The position numbers and the translations under genes are program-made. The notes under the pieces are model-generated. The model saw only the letters and a list, made by a program, of their open reading frames with translations. It was not told the DNA's origin and searched no databases. Shown one piece after another: positions 47,221-56,348 of a DNA stretch of 64,000 nucleotides. How positions within the stretch are numbered: position 1 is the first letter of the stretch; the number at the start of each line of letters is the position of its first letter. Source of the stretch: Alphaproteobacteria bacterium (GTDB lineage Bacteria; Pseudomonadota; Alphaproteobacteria; RF32; CAG-239); NCBI GenBank assembly GCA_045644765.1, contig JAZRHM010000013.1, forward strand, positions 78,484-142,483, in the 5' to 3' direction.

Positions 47221-48435
47221 CTAGCTCCTTCCTTTATATTTTTCTAAAAGCGCATTATAACGCTCTTTCAGAGGAGAATTTTCATCGGTGTACAAAGCTT
47301 TGGTTTTTGCATCTTCTTTAATTATTACATCTTTTCCATCTTTATCTTTTGTTTTATATTCTCCGGTTATACCTAAACGAGCAGCTGTGCGTTTTTCCCT
47401 TTCTTCCATCTTATCAAGATGAGCTTTTTTCTGTTCGTCAGACATTCCTTCAAGCATTGCAGCTCTATATTCTTCTGTGGTTAAATCTTTTATATCTTTG
47501 CCATCTGCTTTAGCTTTTGCTTTAATTTTATCTTTAAGCTCTTTAATTTTTTTATCAGCGGCTTCTCTTTGTTCCTTTTGTTCAGCTGTTTTTTTAGCTT
47601 CTTCTTGTTTATCGGCATGTACTTTCAAGACAGATTGAATATTTTGCGGTAAAGTTTTAAAATATTCTGCTTTTATGTCAATCGTCGGAGGATTTTTTAA
47701 TACAATTCCTGAACCATCATTATATGTTTTTTTCTCACTCATTAAGGTTGCTGCCAATAACATAGCCTTTTGCTTATCAGTTAATGAGTTACCAAATGAC
47801 AGGTTTAAATTATTTTCCAAAGCATCTTTTACAATTCCCTTATACATTAACAATTCCGCATCATTACTGATAGTAACACTTTTAGGAGAATTATATCGAA
47901 CCTCTCCCAAACTCTTACCATCTTTTTCAAAAGAAAACGTAAATGCCTTTTCTGAGGTATCTTTTTCTGCATCATTTTTAAATGTCACATTATTTTCTTG
48001 AGCAAATTTGCTATAAAACTCACGCTTTGAATTTATCCAATCTGAATTATTTGGTGTATCATTATGATGTTGATTATTTTCTTTGCCAGATCCATTAACT
48101 TCTAAATTTTCTTTTGCATCACCACCTGCTTCATCAATTTCTAAAGTATCATCATCTTTATCAGGGGTATCTTTTTTCTGATCATCTTTATTCTCTGCAC
48201 TTGGAGGTGTGTTAGCTTCTTTTTCCGTAATAAGCTTATTTATCTCTATTAGAGCTTTTTTCAAACTTTCTTCACTATCAACAGAAAAACCTGACAAATC
48301 AATACCCATATCTTTTGCTTTTTTGTATTGTTCAGATGCATTAAATTGTTCAGCAAAGTCTACACCTTTTGGTGAATTGCCGGTTTTTTTTCTGTTACCA
48401 TACCTTTGATTAAATTTATCAATTTGGCTAGCCAT
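47221..48435 (-). CDS. Orphan protein (404 aa) with a disordered acidic N-terminal region and a Lys/Glu coiled-coil region
   Basis: Clean ORF after the ileS terminator. No family recognised. Confidence 0.6.
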   Translation of the reverse strand: MASQIDKFNQRYGNRKKTGNSPKGVDFAEQFNASEQYKKAKDMGIDLSGFSVDSEESLKKALIEINKLITEKEANTPPSAENKDDQKKDTPDKDDDTLEIDEAGGDAKENLEVNGSGKENNQHHNDTPNNSDWINSKREFYSKFAQENNVTFKNDAEKDTSEKAFTFSFEKDGKSLGEVRYNSPKSVTISNDAELLMYKGIVKDALENNLNLSFGNSLTDKQKAMLLAATLMSEKKTYNDGSGIVLKNPPTIDIKAEYFKTLPQNIQSVLKVHADKQEEAKKTAEQKEQREAADKKIKELKDKIKAKAKADGKDIKDLTTEEYRAAMLEGMSDEQKKAHLDKMEEREKRTAARLGITGEYKTKDKDGKDVIIKEDAKTKALYTDENSPLKERYNALLEKYKGRS

Positions 48436-48501
48436 AGTTTTCCTCCAATATATATTAGTAACATTATCATATTTTTTAAGTTTTGTCTAGAACTTTTTTC
48501 A

Positions 48502-48535
48502 AAAAAACGACTTATCGGTGAAGAAAAGTCGTTTT
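48502..48535 (-). terminator. Intrinsic terminator after ileS
   Basis: Minus strand: aaaacgacuu-uucuucaccgau-aagucguuuuuuu. Confidence 0.8.
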
Positions 48536-48556
48536 AAGTTCTGAATGATAGTTTTT

Positions 48557-51500
48557 TTAAGCAACTATTGCATCAAAAACAATTTCTTTGCCATCAATAT
48601 TTTCTTTCGTTCCATCAATACAAGCTGTATTTATTTTAACGGCTAGAACTTGTTCGGCTATATATTGCTGATTTTCGTTAAGAGCTTGCGCTAATTCAGA
48701 ATCTGTTGTATTCCAGTTTAACACTATGCGATCTGAAATGTTAAAATCTTTATCTTTACGCAAAGTTTGAACCATACGAACAAAGTCTCTGGCAAAACCT
48801 TCTCTTTTAAGCTCATCAGTTATATTTGTGTCCAAACATATCACAGCTTTATTTTGTGCAAATGAACGTCCGGCAACACCTTCTTTCATATCAAGACGAA
48901 CTTCAAACAAGTCTGAAGTAAGAGTTTGCCCTGCAATACTTAATGTACCGTTATCATTTAATGTCCAATTACCTTGTTTATATGCGGCCATAACCGGTCC
49001 CATCTCTTTACCGAGAGCTTTACCTAAAAGAGGAGTATACAAGTAAAGCTTTTTATCTGCATATGAACCTAAATTGTTATCAAACTTAACTTCTTTAACA
49101 TTAAGCTCGTCTTTTACAATTTCTTGATAAGCAGAGCTTAAATCAGCTCCGACAAGCGTAAGGCTTGCCAATGGTAAACGGTTACGCAAGTTTTTCTCTT
49201 CACGAATAAATTTACCGGCTGAACAAAGCTCTTGCAAGAAATCCATCTCTTGAACAAGTTTTTCATCCATCTCAATTGATGATAATGTCGGATAATCTGT
49301 AAGATGAACAGATTCTTCACCAGTTAAGTTTTTGAAAATGTATTCTGATACAAATGGCATTAATGGAGCCAAAATTTTACTCAAGTTAAGCAACACTGTG
49401 TAAAGAGTATCAAACGCCTGTTTATCGCCTTCCCAAAAACGATCACGTGTTCTGCGTATATACCAGTTATTTAACACTTCCATAAAAGAAGTTGCTTCAT
49501 TTGTAGCCATTGATACATCATATGTTTCAAGCCCATGTTTAACAGTGTTACACAGATGTTTGAGTTTTGATAATATGTAATTATCAATTGCTTCCGTTGA
49601 TGAAGAAATTTCTTCTGCTTTATATTCTTCAGCATTTGCATAAAGCGTAAAGAAGTAAAAAGCATTCCATAATGGAATTAGTGTTGCTCGTGAAGCTTTT
49701 GCTATTTCTTTTCCCTCTTTATCAACGGCCAAATTTCCACCTTTTAGCACCGGAGAAGATACCAAAAACCAACGAAGTGCCTCAGAACCTATATTCTCCA
49801 AAACCTCATTCGGATCAGGATAATTTTTCAGTCTTTTTGAAAGTTTTTGACCGCCTTCAGCCATCAACAAACCTGTACAAATACAGTTTTTAAATGCCGG
49901 TTTATTGTGAAGTGCTGTTGATAAAACAGTTAAAGTATAGAACCAACCTCTGGTTTGATCCATTGCTTCCACAATAAAATCTGCCGGAAAATGATTTTCA
50001 AACCATTCTTTATTTTCAAACGGATAATGCACTTGAGCATACGGCATAGAGCCTGATTCAAACCAACAGTCGAAAACATCACTTACGCGACGCATCATTG
50101 TTTGTCCTGTCGGATCATCAGGGTTTTTGTATACAACATCATCAATATACGGTTTGTGTAAATTTGTTACTTCAATACCGGTTTTTTCTTTAATTTCTTC
50201 TACCGAACCAAATACATCAACTCTTGGATATTTCGGATTATCAGATTTCCAAACCGGAATTGGCGTACCCCAAAATCTGTTTCTTGAAATTGACCAATCT
50301 CTTGCTCCTTCGAGCCATTTTCCGAAACGGCCATCTTTAATGTGCTCAGGCATCCAATTTATTTGTTGATTGTTTTCAACCATTTGATCTCTAAAATCTG
50401 TTACCTTTACAAACCAAGAAGACATAGCTTTATAAATGAGCGGGGTATCTGTTCTCCAACAGAACGGATAAGAGTGGGTATATTGTTCTTTTTTAACCAA
50501 TAATCCGTTAGCTTTTAGCCATTGCATAATTGGTTCGTTGGTTTCAAAAACTTGCATACCTTCATAATCTGCCACTTCAGACGTAAACTTACCGGCTTCA
50601 TCAACCGGACAAATAACCGGAAAATGCTCATCATAAGCTCTGCAAGCATCAAAGTCATCTTGACCAAAACCCGGAGCAATATGTACGATACCTGTCCCGT
50701 CCTCTGTAGACACAAACTCACCGCTTAACACTTTAAATGCGCCTTTTGATTTAAGGTGTTCAAAATATTTAAACATCGGCTCATAGCTCATACCGATTAA
50801 ATCTGCACCGGTCATTGTTCCGACTTGTACAGCATTTTCAAGTTGTTTTTTATAACGACCAAGCAGTGCTTTTGCTAACACATATTTCTGACCATTTTCT
50901 TCCATGATGACATATTCTATATCTTTTCCAACTGCCAACATCAAGTTTGAGGGCAATGTCCACGGAGTTGTTGTCCAAACCAAAATTTTCATACCGTTTT
51001 CAAGGGTGAACATAACAGTAATGGCATTATCTGTTTTATCCTGATATCCTTGGTTTACCTCAAAATTAGAAAGCGGAGTTTCTGCCGCCCAAGAATATGG
51101 CAAAACTCTGTAATCTTCATATACTAAACCTTTATCATAAAGTTGCTTGAAATTATTGATTACACTTTCCATAAATGGCAAATCCATTGTTTTATAATCA
51201 TTGTTAAAATCAACCCAACGTCCGATACGTTTGAACATATCTACCCAAATGCCTGAATATTTTAAAACATCGGCACGGCAAAAATCATTAAACTTTTCAA
51301 CACCATATTGCTCAATTTGTTTACGACCGGAAACGCCTAATTGTTTTTCCGCAGACATCTCGGCAGGTAATCCGTGACAGTCCCATCCTAAGCGGCGTTC
51401 AACTTTCTTACCGTTCATAGTTTGAAAACGCGCAACAACGTCTTTGACGTATGATACCATAATATGTCCGTAGTGAGGTGTTCCGTTAGCAAAAGGAGGG

Positions 51501-51643
51501 CCGTCATAAAAAACAAATTCTGCTGCTCCGTCACGATTTTTTACAGATTTTTCAAAAGTATTATTTTCTTCCCAAAAATTTAAAATTTCTTTTTCAAGTT
51601 TAACAAAGTCAGGCTTTGCTGACACATTAGCATAATGTTTCAT
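48557..51643 (-). CDS. ileS: Isoleucyl-tRNA synthetase, type 2 (eukaryote-like)
   Basis: PPFANGTPHYGHIM (the HYGH form of HIGH, typical of type-2/eukaryotic IleRS), KLSKRLKNY (KMSKS), 1028 aa, no C-terminal Zn-finger domain. Confidence 0.92.
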   Translation of the reverse strand: MKHYANVSAKPDFVKLEKEILNFWEENNTFEKSVKNRDGAAEFVFYDGPPFANGTPHYGHIMVSYVKDVVARFQTMNGKKVERRLGWDCHGLPAEMSAEKQLGVSGRKQIEQYGVEKFNDFCRADVLKYSGIWVDMFKRIGRWVDFNNDYKTMDLPFMESVINNFKQLYDKGLVYEDYRVLPYSWAAETPLSNFEVNQGYQDKTDNAITVMFTLENGMKILVWTTTPWTLPSNLMLAVGKDIEYVIMEENGQKYVLAKALLGRYKKQLENAVQVGTMTGADLIGMSYEPMFKYFEHLKSKGAFKVLSGEFVSTEDGTGIVHIAPGFGQDDFDACRAYDEHFPVICPVDEAGKFTSEVADYEGMQVFETNEPIMQWLKANGLLVKKEQYTHSYPFCWRTDTPLIYKAMSSWFVKVTDFRDQMVENNQQINWMPEHIKDGRFGKWLEGARDWSISRNRFWGTPIPVWKSDNPKYPRVDVFGSVEEIKEKTGIEVTNLHKPYIDDVVYKNPDDPTGQTMMRRVSDVFDCWFESGSMPYAQVHYPFENKEWFENHFPADFIVEAMDQTRGWFYTLTVLSTALHNKPAFKNCICTGLLMAEGGQKLSKRLKNYPDPNEVLENIGSEALRWFLVSSPVLKGGNLAVDKEGKEIAKASRATLIPLWNAFYFFTLYANAEEYKAEEISSSTEAIDNYILSKLKHLCNTVKHGLETYDVSMATNEATSFMEVLNNWYIRRTRDRFWEGDKQAFDTLYTVLLNLSKILAPLMPFVSEYIFKNLTGEESVHLTDYPTLSSIEMDEKLVQEMDFLQELCSAGKFIREEKNLRNRLPLASLTLVGADLSSAYQEIVKDELNVKEVKFDNNLGSYADKKLYLYTPLLGKALGKEMGPVMAAYKQGNWTLNDNGTLSIAGQTLTSDLFEVRLDMKEGVAGRSFAQNKAVICLDTNITDELKREGFARDFVRMVQTLRKDKDFNISDRIVLNWNTTDSELAQALNENQQYIAEQVLAVKINTACIDGTKENIDGKEIVFDAIVA

Positions 51644-51668
51644 TTTTCTTTATCCGTTTATATAATTG

Positions 51669-51697
51669 ATTAAAATTCTAGTAGTTATTAATGTCAA
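51669..51697 (-). promoter_or_regulatory. Candidate sigma-70 promoter proximal to ileS
   Basis: Minus strand TTGACA-N17-TTTAAT. The -35 element overlaps the U-tract of the upstream hairpin. Confidence 0.35.
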
Positions 51698-51759
51698 AAA
51701 AAAGATGATCCCCCCTAGGGGATAATAATGAAAGGAATGTATGTATAAAATAAATTCAT
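51696..51759 (-). promoter_or_regulatory. Ile-rich 14-codon mini-ORF (MNLFYTYIPFIIIP*) ending in the loop of a GC hairpin followed by C+U8. Either an ileS attenuator candidate or a distal pyk terminator.
   Basis: Minus strand: aug aau uua uuu uau aca uac auu ccu uuc auu auu auc ccc uag gggggaucauc uuuuuuuu. The stem is AUUAUCCCC/GGGGAUCAU with one mismatch. Confidence 0.3.
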
Positions 51760-51898
51760 CTTTTTTTCTCTTTTACACAGTAAAAAAATCAAACTGAACT
51801 TAAGCTACAACATCTTTTATACTTCGTCAATAGCAAATTTTGTTTCAGATACAACAATCCGCCGTTTTTTCGGCGGATTGTTGCTATATTTATGAAAA

Positions 51899-53320
51899 TT
51901 ACGGAATTTTGATTGTATGCAACAAATTTGTCATTCCGGCTTTACCGAAAGGATATCCTGCGGTAACAATTACCAATTCTCCTGATTTTCCGTAACCGTT
52001 TTGTTTAACATATTGAGTAGCATTTTCTTCTATACGCTCAAAACTTTCGAAAACTTCTTGACTTACATAACTATGAACGCCCCAAACAATCCCTAACCTA
52101 CGAGCTACCTTTATATTTGGCGTAATTGCAACTATTGGCACATCCGGACGCTCTTTAGCCATAGAGTATGTTGTGTAGCCTGATGCTGTATAAGTTACGA
52201 TTGCTCCTACATTTGGCAAAACTTGAGCCAGCTCATTTGCTGCATAAGTGATTCCCATAGTTTCCGTTTTACAAAAATCTTTTTCATCTTCATACATACA
52301 AATAAAAAAACTCTCATCTTGCTCAACTTGTTCAATAATATTATGCATCATTTTAATCGTTTGTTCAGGATATTTACCGACTGCTGTTTCTGCTGAAAGC
52401 ATAACGGTATCAGCTCCTTCGTAAACGGCGGTTGCTACATCTGATACTTCTGCTCTGGTAGGTGTCGGTGCTTCTATCATAGATTCTAGCATCTGAGTTG
52501 CCACCACAACAGGTTTTGCATATTTACGACAAACCGATAATATACGTTTTTGCAGCACAGGAACTGTATGCAAAGGACATTCAACACCTAAATCGCCACG
52601 AGCAACCATAACCCCATCAGAGAGCTTTACAATTTCTTCCAAATCGTCAATAGCACTTGGTTTTTCAAGTTTGGACATAATAAGCGCTCTATTTTGAATA
52701 ATTTCTTTTGCTTCAATAACATCTTGAACTTTTTGTACAAAAGAAAGGCTTACCCAATCGACACCCAAATTAAGGGCAAAATCCAAATCTTTACGATCTT
52801 TTTCCGTTAATGCCGATATCGGTAATGTTATATTCGGCAAATTAATACCTTTATGATTTGAAAGCTTGCCACCAACCAAAACTCTAGTAACTGCTTTTGT
52901 CGGTTCAACTGATACAATTTCAAGAGAAATATTTCCATCATTTAACAGTAGTATATCTTTAGGCTTTATTGCTGCAAAAATTTCTTTATGAGGTAAATTT
53001 ACTCTGGTTTCATCTCCGGGTGTTTCATCTAAATCAAGCACAAACTCTGCCCCTGCTCTCAAAACCACGGAACCATTTAAAAAATTTCCGACTCTTAATT
53101 TTGGTCCTTGTAAATCTGCAATTATGGTAATATGTTTTTTTTTCGATTCGGAAATTTCTCTTACTATATTATAGCGTTCTGCATGTTCTTGATGAGTTCC
53201 GTGAGAAAAATTAAAACGAAAAGCATCAGCTCCGGCATCTATAAGTTTTTCAAGCATTTCACGGCTAGCTGTCGCAGGTCCGATTGTTGCTAAAATTTTA
53301 GTATGTGTGTTAACAGGCAT
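51899..53320 (-). CDS. pyk: Pyruvate kinase
   Basis: KILATIGPA, MVARGDLGVE, and a C-terminal regulatory domain. 473 aa. Confidence 0.93.
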   Translation of the reverse strand: MPVNTHTKILATIGPATASREMLEKLIDAGADAFRFNFSHGTHQEHAERYNIVREISESKKKHITIIADLQGPKLRVGNFLNGSVVLRAGAEFVLDLDETPGDETRVNLPHKEIFAAIKPKDILLLNDGNISLEIVSVEPTKAVTRVLVGGKLSNHKGINLPNITLPISALTEKDRKDLDFALNLGVDWVSLSFVQKVQDVIEAKEIIQNRALIMSKLEKPSAIDDLEEIVKLSDGVMVARGDLGVECPLHTVPVLQKRILSVCRKYAKPVVVATQMLESMIEAPTPTRAEVSDVATAVYEGADTVMLSAETAVGKYPEQTIKMMHNIIEQVEQDESFFICMYEDEKDFCKTETMGITYAANELAQVLPNVGAIVTYTASGYTTYSMAKERPDVPIVAITPNIKVARRLGIVWGVHSYVSQEVFESFERIEENATQYVKQNGYGKSGELVIVTAGYPFGKAGMTNLLHTIKIP

Positions 53321-53446
53321 AATTACTCCTTAAAAAAATTACTTCCTTTTTTACATATAATCAAAATTATTACTTGTAAAATATAATCAGATTTGTTAAA
53401 TTCCATATCACAAAAAACTTAAAATATGATTTAAAAGGAGATAAAA

Positions 53447-53689
53447 ATGACCGAAGTTGGTGGAATTGCCACAGACAGATTACGTTCACTTATCGAACGT
53501 ATTGAAAAACTTGAAGAAGATAAAAAAGAAATTATGACTGACATCAGAGAAGTTTATGCAGAAGCCAAAAGTGCCGGTTTTGATGTTAAGACGATGAGAG
53601 CAATTATCAAACTTCGTAAAATGGAAGATTCTGCTCGTGAAGAGGAAGATTTCTTACTGGAAACATACAAAAAAGCTCTTGATATGTAA
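53447..53689 (+). CDS. gapR: GapR-like nucleoid-associated protein (DUF2312)
   Basis: LRSLIERIEKLEEDKKEIMTDIREVYAEAKSAGFDVKTMRAIIKLRK closely parallels Caulobacter GapR ([47 protein letters not shown]). Confidence 0.85.
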   Translation: MTEVGGIATDRLRSLIERIEKLEEDKKEIMTDIREVYAEAKSAGFDVKTMRAIIKLRKMEDSAREEEDFLLETYKKALDM

Positions 53690-53690
53690 T

Positions 53691-53730
53691 AAAAAAATCC
53701 CTTACAAATTCCGTTGTAAGGGATTTTTTT
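53691..53730. terminator. Bidirectional terminator (gapR / ppa)
   Basis: aaaaaaatcccttaca-aattccgt-tgtaagggattttttt. Confidence 0.85.
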
Positions 53731-54274
53731 AACGACCGGTTAAATGATCCTTGTTTTTATCATACAAATCAAAAGCGTCTTGGATTACTTGTTTTGCATC
53801 TTCAACACCTAAAAATTGTTCAATTATAACTTCTTTATTTTCTAAAATTTTATAGTCTTCAAAAAAACGTTTTAAAATTCGTAAGCTATGTGGCGGAAGT
53901 TCATCTATAGATTGATAGTGGGAAAACTCCGGATCATCAATATGTACTGCAATTATTTTATCATCAGCCTCTCCTTGATCTAGCATTTTCATTACACCAA
54001 TCGGACGAACACGCATCATAGACAATGGCAACACTGATTCTTGGCACAGAACCAACACATCTAAAGGATCGTTATCATCACAATAACTTTGCGGAATAAA
54101 TCCATAGTTTACAGGATAATGCACTGAGCTATACAAGATGCGGTCAACTCTCAGTAAACCGCTAACTTTATCAAGTTCATATTTTGTTTGAGAACCTTTC
54201 GGAACCTCTATAATCGCCGTAACTATCTCAGGCGGATTTTTTCCTCTGGTAACACCATGCCAAGGATGCAACAT
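53729..54274 (-). CDS. ppa: Inorganic pyrophosphatase (family I)
   Basis: [34 protein letters not shown]-type motif ([10 protein letters not shown]). Confidence 0.92.
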   Translation of the reverse strand: MLHPWHGVTRGKNPPEIVTAIIEVPKGSQTKYELDKVSGLLRVDRILYSSVHYPVNYGFIPQSYCDDNDPLDVLVLCQESVLPLSMMRVRPIGVMKMLDQGEADDKIIAVHIDDPEFSHYQSIDELPPHSLRILKRFFEDYKILENKEVIIEQFLGVEDAKQVIQDAFDLYDKNKDHLTGR

Positions 54275-54292
54275 TTTCTTCTCCTAATTAAA

Positions 54293-54844
54293 TTATTTTC
54301 TTTCCGGTTGATAAACAGTTTTTCCGGTGTTCACATATTCATATAACACTTTTTCGCCTTCTTCAACCCCAATATTTCCATAAACAACAATTCCTCTATT
54401 TTTAAACTCTTCAAACCAATTCGGTTTAAAGCCTTCATCAAAGCCCGTAATTTCTTCAACTCTTTTTGATGGCACGCCATAATAAACAGCTTTTATTCCG
54501 GACCACATAATACCACCGATACACATCATACAAGGTTCTGATGTAACATATAAGCTCAAATTATATTTTGATAAATCATATGTCCCTAAGTTTTTTTGGG
54601 CAGTTTTAATAGCATTCATCTCTGCATGATTATTACTACACACTTCAGAAACAACACTATTTGCCGTCTTTGAAATAATATTACCTTTTTCATCAACAAC
54701 TGCGGCCAAAAACGGACCTGAACCATTAGCAATAAAATCTTTCATTTCAGCTTGCAAATCTAGTATGATTTTTTTTGCTACAGATAGTTTTTCCATATCT
54801 ATCGGTTCATTTGAAACTATATTTAATAAATTTGTATCAGTCAT
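54293..54844 (-). CDS. CMP/dCMP-type zinc deaminase (nucleoside or guanine deaminase family)
   Basis: HAEMNAI and PCMMCIGGI zinc-ligand motifs. Confidence 0.8.
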   Translation of the reverse strand: MTDTNLLNIVSNEPIDMEKLSVAKKIILDLQAEMKDFIANGSGPFLAAVVDEKGNIISKTANSVVSEVCSNNHAEMNAIKTAQKNLGTYDLSKYNLSLYVTSEPCMMCIGGIMWSGIKAVYYGVPSKRVEEITGFDEGFKPNWFEEFKNRGIVVYGNIGVEEGEKVLYEYVNTGKTVYQPERK

Positions 54845-55002
54845 TTAATTTCTCCTAACGCTTTACTTATCTGTATATAAACTAAATGTATAAAATTGGT
54901 TAAATTAATTCATATTGTTGAAAAATCGATATGCAGTTGACTTTTTACAAACAAATCTCTAAAAAACATTAGATAACTAAATAATTTATGGAGTAGACTA
55001 AA

Positions 55003-55512
55003 ATGAAAAATTTCATTAATGAATTTAAAAAGTTTGCAATGCGCGGAAATGTAATTGACATGGCTGTCGGTATCATCATCGGTGCTGCTTTCGGAAAAAT
55101 TGTTGATTCTTTGGTTAAAGACATCATCATGCCTCCTATAGGTATTTTGCTTGGAAAGATTGATTTTGCCAATTTATTTTTTGTATTAAATGATGGTGCT
55201 GTTCCTGGCCCTTATGTTTCTTTAGATGCGGCAAAAGAAGCCGGTGCCGTAACCATGAATGTTGGTATGTTTATAAACGCAACAATAAGCTTTATCATTG
55301 TTGCTTTTGCCGTATTTGTACTTATTAAAGCAATTAATACTTTACAGGAAAAAATGCTCGCTGCAGAACAAAAAGAAGAAAAAGCCGCAGCTCCTACAAC
55401 AAAACAATGTCCTTATTGCTACTCTGATATTGCTATTAAAGCAACTCGTTGTCCTCATTGTACATCGGAACTTGAAGTTGCAAAAAAGACAACAAGTAAA
55501 AAATCTAAATAG
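55003..55512 (+). CDS. mscL: Large-conductance mechanosensitive channel MscL with a C-terminal CxxC...CxxC zinc-ribbon extension
   Basis: [40 protein letters not shown] is near-identical in pattern to E. coli MscL. The extra tail is [24 protein letters not shown]. Confidence 0.9.
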   Translation: MKNFINEFKKFAMRGNVIDMAVGIIIGAAFGKIVDSLVKDIIMPPIGILLGKIDFANLFFVLNDGAVPGPYVSLDAAKEAGAVTMNVGMFINATISFIIVAFAVFVLIKAINTLQEKMLAAEQKEEKAAAPTTKQCPYCYSDIAIKATRCPHCTSELEVAKKTTSKKSK

Positions 55513-55530
55513 TACTTTAGAACATCGTAC

Positions 55531-55566
55531 AAAAAACTCCATTGATTAAATTCAGTGGAGTTTTTT
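55531..55566. terminator. Bidirectional terminator (mscL / deoC)
   Basis: aaaaaactccattga-ttaaat-tcagtggagtttttt. Confidence 0.8.
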
Positions 55567-55599
55567 ATACTTTCGCTTAAATATTATCAGATTTTAATC

Positions 55600-56250
55600 T
55601 TAAGCAACAATCTTAACACCAGAACTTGTACCTAAACTTGTTGCTCCGACAGCAATAAGATCAAGCGCTTTTTGTTTATCTCTTATACCTCCTGATGCCT
55701 TAACTTTTAAGCCGTAAGGGGCAACAACTTCATGCATTAGTTTAACATTTTCAATCGTAGCACCTACTCCGTTTTTAACAAATCCCGTTGAGGTTTTTAC
55801 AAAATCTGCTTTAGCTTCAACACAAACTTCACATGCCTTTTTTATCTCTTGAGATGTCAATAAATCTGTTTCTAAAATAACTTTTAATACATTATGCGGG
55901 CAAGCATTTCTTACTGCTTTTATATCTTCTAAAACATAATTCCAATTTTCATCTTTTATAGCAGAAACATTTATCACCATATCAATTTCATCAGCACCAT
56001 CTGCTATAGCTTTTTGAGTTTCATAAGCTTTTACTTCACTTAAATTTGCCCCCAAAGGGAAACCAATAACAGTTACAATTTTTACATTTGTGTCTTTTAA
56101 ATATGTTTTTGCCTCTTTTACATAAGCCGGATTAACACAAACTCCGCGAAAACCATGTTCTTTAGCTTCTTGGTATAACTTCTTAAATTCCGAACTGACA
56201 GCATCCTGTTTTAACAAAGTATGCTCTATATATCTTGCTAAATTTTGCAT
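55600..56250 (-). CDS. deoC: Deoxyribose-phosphate aldolase
   Basis: IEHTLLK, DMVIN, FVKTSTGF (Schiff-base Lys), KASGGIR. ATG at 56250 is preceded by GGGAGGG. The track start is 56262. Confidence 0.9.
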   Translation of the reverse strand: MQNLARYIEHTLLKQDAVSSEFKKLYQEAKEHGFRGVCVNPAYVKEAKTYLKDTNVKIVTVIGFPLGANLSEVKAYETQKAIADGADEIDMVINVSAIKDENWNYVLEDIKAVRNACPHNVLKVILETDLLTSQEIKKACEVCVEAKADFVKTSTGFVKNGVGATIENVKLMHEVVAPYGLKVKASGGIRDKQKALDLIAVGATSLGTSSGVKIVA

Positions 56251-56348
56251 TTTCCCTCCCATAATTTATAAGCGTTGTATCTGATTATAAAAAAATATGT
56301 AATTCTTGCAATAAAAAACTTGATTTAAATTATAAATGATGTATTGTT

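Noticed and set aside
51852-51883. 13-bp-stem hairpin caacaatccgccg-tttttt-cggcggattgttg right after pyk, considered as a canonical terminator
   Set aside because: It is a strong stem but has no U-tract on the pyk strand. I kept it only as context for the ileS-leader finding and did not list it as a confident terminator.
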